The notes beneath the pieces are model-generated. The model did no database searches. It saw only the letters and a program-made list of their open reading frames with translations, and had not been told where the DNA came from. The translations under genes were made by a program, and so were the position numbers. A stretch of 62,467 bases of DNA from a virus. Lineage: Duplodnaviria > Caudoviricetes. Positions 57,002-62,467 of this stretch are shown here, one piece after another; position 1 is the first letter of the stretch; each line of letters opens with the position of its first letter. Where the stretch lies: the IMG/VR virus record IMGVR_UViG_3300030012_003842, positions 1-62,467 of that record; one strand, written 5' to 3'.

Positions 57002-58603
57002 ATGAATAAGCAAGGTTACATTCCAAAGAATCTGCATTTCGATTCTGAAGGCAGACAGAAACTAATATCAGGAATTGAAAAAATTTCCAACGCAGTTAAA
57101 TCTACATTAGGCCCACGCGGACAAACAGTTATAATAGAAAGCACCGAGCATCTTAGCGGAATGACCATTACTAAAGATGGAGTGACCGTGGCTCGTAGTA
57201 TTTATTTAGACGACCCTGTAGAAAATATAGCAATACAAATTATGAAAGACGCTTCCAATCGTACAGCTAACTCAGCTGGTGATGGAACAACTACAGCAAT
57301 CGTATTGGCAGAAGCCTTTGTCAAGGCAGGTCTTAAGTATATGATACCAAATAATAATACCACACAAGTGGTCAGACATATTAATAACATTGTCAAAGAC
57401 ATTGTAAAGTATTTAGAAAAAAATTCAAAGAAGATAACTAATAGTAGTCTATTAGATGTCGCTAAGATATCAGCCAATAATGATGCAGAGATAGGTAAGT
57501 TAATATTCGATGCTTATCAAAAAGTTGGAAAGGACGGAATCGTTACTGTTGAGCGTTCTCAAAACCATGAGACTTTCGCTGAAGTAACTAACGGTATCAA
57601 AGTAGACAGAGGATATTCATCTAACCTGTTCATCAATAATCAAAAGAAGGACGAGTGTATATTAGAAAATGTAAGGGTCCTTGTGTGTGACCAAGACATT
57701 AATAACATACTTCAAATAGAAAGTGTGTTGAAACCTATCATTCAAAAAAGCGAGACCTTGCTTATCATCGCTGATTGCGGAACGAATGTGGTAAATACAC
57801 TTGCAGCAAATGTCGTAAGAAACGGTTTGAAGCTGTGTAATATACCGACTCCTTCCTTTGGTTATAAAAAACATGAGCTGATGCAAGACATAGCTTTGAC
57901 ATTAGGAGCTAAGTATCTGTCAGAAAAAACTGGTGACGATTTATCTACATTATCAGAAGCTGACTTAGGAAGAGCTGATAAAATTATTGTAGGTAAATCA
58001 AACTCTGTTCTCATTACTAACAATGAACCAAGTGAAGAATTGAAAATGAGAATAGCTGAACTACGTGTTCAAAAAGAAAATACTGAGACACCACAAGAAA
58101 GAAAGTTTATAGATGAAAGAATAGCCAGCTTAGCTGGAGCTATCGGGTGTATCTACGTTGGTGGTAACTCAGATGTAGAACAAAAAGAAAAATTTGACCG
58201 AGTCGATGACTCGGTATGTGCAGTGCGTTCCGCACTGGAAGAAGGGATTGTTGCTGGAGCTGGACTTGCATTATACAATGCTTCAAAAACTATTGTAAGT
58301 CATGATAAAGATGCTGACTATAATACAGCATGTAATATTGTTAGAGAAGCTATAGTTCAACCACTAATACAAATATTAGAAAACGCAGGCATCAATCCTG
58401 AAAATATATTATCAGAAATAAATGATAAGAAAAAAAATTACGGCTTTGACGTAAAGAATGAAAAGTTTGGAGATTTATTTAAGCTGGGTGTTATTGACCC
58501 GTTGAAAGTTACAAAGAACGCTTTAATAAATTCAAGTAGTGTGGCAGCAACAATATTATCAACCAATGCAATCGTAACCCATGCCAGAGTCAAAGAATCA
58601 TAA
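57002..58603 (+). CDS. groEL: Chaperonin GroEL
   Basis: STLGPRG, ITKDGVTVA, AGDGTTTA, GIVAGAG, GVIDPLKVT; lacks the GGM tail. Confidence 0.96.
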   Translation: MNKQGYIPKNLHFDSEGRQKLISGIEKISNAVKSTLGPRGQTVIIESTEHLSGMTITKDGVTVARSIYLDDPVENIAIQIMKDASNRTANSAGDGTTTAIVLAEAFVKAGLKYMIPNNNTTQVVRHINNIVKDIVKYLEKNSKKITNSSLLDVAKISANNDAEIGKLIFDAYQKVGKDGIVTVERSQNHETFAEVTNGIKVDRGYSSNLFINNQKKDECILENVRVLVCDQDINNILQIESVLKPIIQKSETLLIIADCGTNVVNTLAANVVRNGLKLCNIPTPSFGYKKHELMQDIALTLGAKYLSEKTGDDLSTLSEADLGRADKIIVGKSNSVLITNNEPSEELKMRIAELRVQKENTETPQERKFIDERIASLAGAIGCIYVGGNSDVEQKEKFDRVDDSVCAVRSALEEGIVAGAGLALYNASKTIVSHDKDADYNTACNIVREAIVQPLIQILENAGINPENILSEINDKKKNYGFDVKNEKFGDLFKLGVIDPLKVTKNALINSSSVAATILSTNAIVTHARVKES

Positions 58604-58841
58604 TAGAAAACATTTTGGAGTGAAACCAAGAAAAAGTCTTGAGGGTTATCCATTAAAACAAATTTCAAAAAATTCATCCATTAGGTTTATAGCTGAATAC
58701 AAACAAAAAGTATTCTTAGAAAAACTATTTAAAAAAAATACAATCGACTTCAATAATTATTTTAAAGATAGTCGAAGAATAGAGAAGGGAAAAAGATTTA
58801 AATTAATAGAAACTGAAAATCATTATTATGGCAATATATAA
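58581..58841 (+). CDS. Hypothetical basic protein
   Basis: ORF between groEL and groES. Confidence 0.4.
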   Translation: MPESKNHNRKHFGVKPRKSLEGYPLKQISKNSSIRFIAEYKQKVFLEKLFKKNTIDFNNYFKDSRRIEKGKRFKLIETENHYYGNI

Positions 58842-58980
58842 TTATCTATTTGAAATTGCGAGAGAAGAAAGAAAGAAAGAAGAAGAAGCTATAAAGTTTT
58901 TGCAAAGCAAAGGCTATGTAATTTCAAACAAGAAACAAACTTACGCAAGTAAGAAAAAAAAATATGCAAGCAGTAAATAA
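58828..58980 (+). CDS. Small hypothetical protein (50 aa)
   Basis: Manually translated MAIYNYLFEIAREERKKEEEAIKFLQSKGYVI... Confidence 0.5.
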   Translation: MAIYNYLFEIAREERKKEEEAIKFLQSKGYVISNKKQTYASKKKKYASSK

Positions 58981-59221
58981 GTATATAGTTATAAAAAAAA
59001 TAAACGAAGAGTACAAAACAAAATCTGGACTCTTACTATCTAACGAGGACATGTCTTCGCTTAGGTATCACAAAGCTTTAGTTGTAAATCCTGGAACTAA
59101 TGTTGAAACAGTAAAAAAGAATGATGTAATATTATTTGATAAAGCTGCGGGACATTCTATGGTTATAGACGACAATACATATACAGTGATAGAAGAAAGA
59201 GATGTAGTAGTAGTACTATAG
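58964..59221 (+). CDS. groES: Co-chaperonin GroES
   Basis: KTKSGLLL mobile loop, VKKNDVILF, VIEERDVVVVL. Confidence 0.88.
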   Translation: MQAVNKYIVIKKINEEYKTKSGLLLSNEDMSSLRYHKALVVNPGTNVETVKKNDVILFDKAAGHSMVIDDNTYTVIEERDVVVVL

Positions 59222-59665
59222 TCTATTTTCTTGGTTTATTTTTTTCATATAATTTCTGTATACCTTATCTCTATACTTGACGTCATGTTTAAACACTGGG
59301 TTGTTTACTGAGTTCTCAGGAATATCTTCACCATTCAACTTAGCATAAACATTACTTATCATTCGTTTGGCCTGAAACGTAAGCTCGTATAAAGCAGCTT
59401 CGTTTCCCTTTTTAGGTCTCCACTTATGTATCCAACCCCTTTTAATTAAATCATAAAACCTATTGGTGTTCCAAGACATCAACTCATTGTATTCTTCAAA
59501 CTTGGTTTTGGTAAATAGATGTTCGCTATATAAAAACAACATGAGCTCTAAGTCACCCGTTGTTATATCATATTTACGTTTAGCCCAGTATTTAATTACT
59601 TTCCAGTATTTTAAATAATCATGTTCAGGCTGCTTACGTGTAGTGTTTCGTACGATGATAGGCAT
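59216..59665 (-). CDS. Putative winged-helix transcription regulator
   Basis: ITTGDLELMLFLY...LIKRGWI...LYELT pattern; lone inverted gene. Confidence 0.55.
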   Translation of the reverse strand: MPIIVRNTTRKQPEHDYLKYWKVIKYWAKRKYDITTGDLELMLFLYSEHLFTKTKFEEYNELMSWNTNRFYDLIKRGWIHKWRPKKGNEAALYELTFQAKRMISNVYAKLNGEDIPENSVNNPVFKHDVKYRDKVYRNYMKKINQENRL

Positions 59666-59688
59666 AAATTATATTAGATTAAATTATT

Positions 59689-59707
59689 TATCTTTGTTAC
59701 AAAGATA
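59689..59707. promoter_or_regulatory. Palindromic face-to-face pair of -7 promoter elements
   Basis: TATCTTTGT-T-ACAAAGATA gives TATCTTTG on both strands. Confidence 0.6.
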
Positions 59708-59719
59708 TAATAAAATCAA

Positions 59720-59857
59720 ATGGCTCGTAAAAATGTAAGTACCTATGTATTTCGTTCTCGTAAAAAAAGACCAGGAGTGCATTCAAAGAACAGACATACG
59801 AACCAGAAGAACGGAAAGTATTATACAGGAACTAAATATAAAGGCCAAGGAAGATGA
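59720..59857 (+). CDS. Small basic protein ending YKGQGR (45 aa)
   Basis: Manual translation; first gene after the promoter. Confidence 0.65.
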   Translation: MARKNVSTYVFRSRKKRPGVHSKNRHTNQKNGKYYTGTKYKGQGR

Positions 59858-60024
59858 GTAAATTGTCAATAAAAAAACCAAAGAAGGGAAGTAAAATTTG
59901 TCCAGCAGGAATAGCTTGGGCTAAAAGAACTTTTGATAAATACCCGTCTGCGTATGCAAACATGGCGGCAAGTAAATATTGTAAAGACCCAAATTACGCT
60001 AAGGGTAAAAAGAAAAAGAAATAG
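59854..60024 (+). CDS. Small basic protein with YPSAYAN motif (56 aa)
   Basis: Manual translation; ATGA coupling. Confidence 0.65.
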   Translation: MSKLSIKKPKKGSKICPAGIAWAKRTFDKYPSAYANMAASKYCKDPNYAKGKKKKK

Positions 60025-60026
60025 TT

Positions 60027-60245
60027 ATGGCAGACGATTTAAAATGTAAATTAAAAATATTGGGTCCAGACCCAAATAACCCAAAAAGACCTGCAAGGTT
60101 TTCTGGTGACCCATCAAAAAGGAAAGCACAGAAAATGAAATTAGCTGCTTGCAGAAGCGGTAAAAGACAAGACTTCAAGAATAAAATTCTTGATAAAGGA
60201 AAAGATTTAGTAAACAAAGTTGAAAGTAAAATTAAAAAATCATGA
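60027..60245 (+). CDS. Small basic protein
   Basis: 72-aa ORF in a packed cluster. Confidence 0.55.
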   Translation: MADDLKCKLKILGPDPNNPKRPARFSGDPSKRKAQKMKLAACRSGKRQDFKNKILDKGKDLVNKVESKIKKS

Positions 60246-60949
60246 TGAAAAAACCTATGCTTAATGCCATACAGAAAGTTAAAATGTCCATGGCAATGAA
60301 ATCGAAAAATCCCAAGATGAATCCTGGGTTTGACTCTTTACCAAAAGAAGTTCAAAATAAAATTATGAAAAAGAAAGCAAAGCTTTCTATGAAAAAGAAA
60401 CCTAAGATGGCTATGAAGAAACCTAAAATGGGTGGAATGAAAAAAACTATGATGGCTATGAAAACCAAGGAGCCAAAGATGGCTATGAAAAAGCCAGCCA
60501 TGATGGGTATGAAAAAGCCAGCTTCTACAAAAAGAGGTAATAAAATTAAAACCTATAATATAAGTGGCTTTGTATCTAAACATACAGGATTAAAGCCTGG
60601 TAGCTATGAAAAAGCTGTAATTATGAATGGCGTGAGAAATGCAGCACCGTCTCGTAGAAAAAAGATTATGGAACTTTTAAAAAGCAATGCTGGTACAGCT
60701 GATATGTTTAAAACAACCAAGCCTAAGATGTCAATGAAGAAGCCAATGCTGTCTAAGTCTAAAAAGAAATCTATGTCTAAAGAGCTGAAAAAAGGTAGTA
60801 AGGAAAGTAAAAAGGTATTACAAGGTTATTTTGGTCCTGGAAAAAAACCTAAGATGGCAATGAAGAAGAAGCCTAAAATGGCAATGAAGAAAGCTAAAGC
60901 AAGTCAAACAGCTGGAGCTATAATGAAAAGAGAAAGAATGATGAACTAA
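60242..60949 (+). CDS. Lys/Met-rich repeat protein
   Basis: Many K-P/A-K-M-A/S-M-K-K units. Confidence 0.7.
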   Translation: MMKKPMLNAIQKVKMSMAMKSKNPKMNPGFDSLPKEVQNKIMKKKAKLSMKKKPKMAMKKPKMGGMKKTMMAMKTKEPKMAMKKPAMMGMKKPASTKRGNKIKTYNISGFVSKHTGLKPGSYEKAVIMNGVRNAAPSRRKKIMELLKSNAGTADMFKTTKPKMSMKKPMLSKSKKKSMSKELKKGSKESKKVLQGYFGPGKKPKMAMKKKPKMAMKKAKASQTAGAIMKRERMMN

Positions 60950-61293
60950 TGGCTTTTAAGTTAAAAACATTAGGTCAGGTATTAGATTTTAGTGACAAGT
61001 ATTCGACAGGCGATTATATCGTAAAAGAAAAGAAACTTGGCAAATACACTTTGGGTGAAATAAATCCAAACGGTGTAATTGACATTGAAAAAGATATGTC
61101 ACCTGCTTTAAAAAGAAAAGCTGTAAAACACGAGGTAGACCATTTGTATCAAATGAGAAGAGGAGAAATGAGGTTTGACCATAATAATTATTATTACAAA
61201 CCCACACCTTATTCACCAATACAAGTTATACCTTCAAGTAAAATAGACCCTCACGATAGAAGTCTACCGTGGGAGCAAGATGCACATAAATAA
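60949..61293 (+). CDS. Putative zincin metallopeptidase
   Basis: HEVDH (HExxH) and downstream LPWEQDA. Confidence 0.6.
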   Translation: MAFKLKTLGQVLDFSDKYSTGDYIVKEKKLGKYTLGEINPNGVIDIEKDMSPALKRKAVKHEVDHLYQMRRGEMRFDHNNYYYKPTPYSPIQVIPSSKIDPHDRSLPWEQDAHK

Positions 61294-61535
61294 TGGGAGA
61301 ACTAAAAAAATGGAGAGAGCAAAACTGGGTACGCATAGGTCGTGATGGAAAAATCAAAGGACCCTGTGGCACTTCCAAGAATAAAAAAAATCCTGACAGA
61401 TGTTTGCCACTTGCAAAAGCAAGGTCTTTATCTAAAAGACAATTAGCTAAAACAGCTCGAAAGAAAAAAGCTGCAGGTAGAAAAGGAAAACAATTTGTTT
61501 CTAACACCCCAGCTGCAAAAGTAAGAAACTCGTAA
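61293..61535 (+). CDS. Small basic phage protein
   Basis: LKKWREQNWV...PCG...RCLP...GKQFVSN. Confidence 0.65.
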   Translation: MGELKKWREQNWVRIGRDGKIKGPCGTSKNKKNPDRCLPLAKARSLSKRQLAKTARKKKAAGRKGKQFVSNTPAAKVRNS

Positions 61536-61816
61536 TGGCAAAGAATATAGCAAGAACTACAGGCAAGGGAGGTAACTTCCGAAAAGCTTCAGCTGGTGCA
61601 GGCATGACTGAGAAAGGTGTGGCTGCATATCGTAGAGCCAACCCTGGTTCTAAATTAAAAACTGCCGTTACAGAAAAAAAGCCCAGCAAGATGAGGGCTA
61701 AAAGAAGAAAGTCTTATTGTTCAAGGTCTCTTGGACAAATGAAAATGCACAACATTAATTGTTCTAAAACTCCCGAGAAAAGAATATGTGCAGCCAGAAG
61801 ACGCTGGAGATGTTAA
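61535..61816 (+). CDS. Small basic phage protein
   Basis: GMTEKG...NPGSKLK...RRKSYCSR...ARRRWRC. Confidence 0.7.
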   Translation: MAKNIARTTGKGGNFRKASAGAGMTEKGVAAYRRANPGSKLKTAVTEKKPSKMRAKRRKSYCSRSLGQMKMHNINCSKTPEKRICAARRRWRC

Positions 61817-61829
61817 AAAAATATATTAG

Positions 61830-61837
61830 TATATTTG
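61830..61837 (+). promoter_or_regulatory. Bacteroidota -7 promoter element
   Basis: Intergenic TATATTTG. Confidence 0.5.
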
Positions 61838-61864
61838 TATTTATATTAATTTAAAAAAAAAGTT

Positions 61865-62074
61865 ATGGCACAAGGTTATAATGCAAGACTCGATGAGTCG
61901 TTAGGTGCAAAGCACGGAAAAAAATCTCAGTCTTTTAAAGACAGAAGAGATGAATCAAAAGCTATGTCTAAGAAAATTTATGGACATGCTTATGGTGGAG
62001 ACCATTCTATGAAATACGAAAAACACTACCCTTCAAGTGTGAAAGGTAAGTTAGGTGGATTGATTAGAAAATAA
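61865..62074 (+). CDS. Small basic protein
   Basis: MAQGYNARLDESLG...RRDESKAM. Confidence 0.65.
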   Translation: MAQGYNARLDESLGAKHGKKSQSFKDRRDESKAMSKKIYGHAYGGDHSMKYEKHYPSSVKGKLGGLIRK

Positions 62075-62075
62075 T

Positions 62076-62255
62076 ATGGCTTTTCCACAAATTAAAAAAC
62101 AAAACCGTGGAAAGTTCACTAAGTGGGCAAAAGCTAACGGTTTCAAAGATGCGTGTAGTGCAGCATCAGCAGTAATGAAGAGTACAAAAAAGTATTCAAA
62201 AGAAGTTGTTGAGATGGCAAACTATGCTAATAACTTTGGATGTAAAAGAAAATAA
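62076..62255 (+). CDS. Small basic protein (59 aa)
   Basis: Manually translated MAFPQIKKQNRGKFTKWAK...MANYANNF. Confidence 0.65.
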   Translation: MAFPQIKKQNRGKFTKWAKANGFKDACSAASAVMKSTKKYSKEVVEMANYANNFGCKRK

Positions 62256-62265
62256 AATTAAATCT

Positions 62266-62445
62266 ATGGCTAAAGCAAAAAAGAAAGCTGCTCCAAAAAA
62301 AGAAGTGGCTAAAAAAAAAGTAGTAAAAACTAAAGTTGAAGGTAAGCCCGAGGAAGTAGTGGCAACAAGCAAACATGTTGAAGTTCCCTACATTCCAAGA
62401 AAAATTGACAGACTGCCTGCAGACTTAAATAAATTAAAAAAGTAA
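62266..62445 (+). CDS. Small Lys-rich protein
   Basis: Probable start at MAKAKKKAAP. Confidence 0.6.
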   Translation: MAKAKKKAAPKKEVAKKKVVKTKVEGKPEEVVATSKHVEVPYIPRKIDRLPADLNKLKK

Positions 62446-62467
62446 ATGGGAAAATTATTAGTAAAAT
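62368..62467 (+). repeat. Terminal direct repeat, right copy
   Basis: Matches 1-100 at 99 of 100 positions. Confidence 0.95.

Noticed and set aside
1-62467. Stop-codon reassignment
   Set aside because: Long genes are intact in the standard code, and TAA, TAG and TGA all end tightly coupled genes

Overview
Apparently complete (~62.37 kb) AT-rich tailed-phage genome, closed by a 100-nt end overlap. The host is most likely a Bacteroidota/Flavobacteriia bacterium, based on TAnnTTTG promoters, SD-less A-rich leaders and a VirE/BT4734-type primase. The + strand arm (56.5 kb, through the join, to 42.2 kb) carries GroEL/GroES, a cluster of very basic Lys/Met-rich proteins, lysis genes, tail fibres, terminase, portal, scaffold, capsid, podovirus-type tail proteins and three probable ejection proteins. 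The - strand arm (56.0 to 42.1 kb) carries early and replication/recombination genes; I recognised no DNA polymerase, RNA polymerase or integrase. The main discovery is in the early operon: three pistol-class self-cleaving ribozymes (55155-55224, 54325-54393, 53171-53242; - strand) sit at gene junctions, each with its predicted cleavage site exactly 24 nt upstream of the next AUG. A non-canonical tRNA-like RNA follows at 52263-52372. The same arm is saturated with the palindrome (C)GTTTAAAC(G), which is written into codons and into the ribozyme P3 loops. Its density rises towards ~56.35 kb and then stops abruptly, while GATC appears to be avoided genome-wide. Protein calls come from motif recognition and gene order only; no database searches were run, and counts are by eye.
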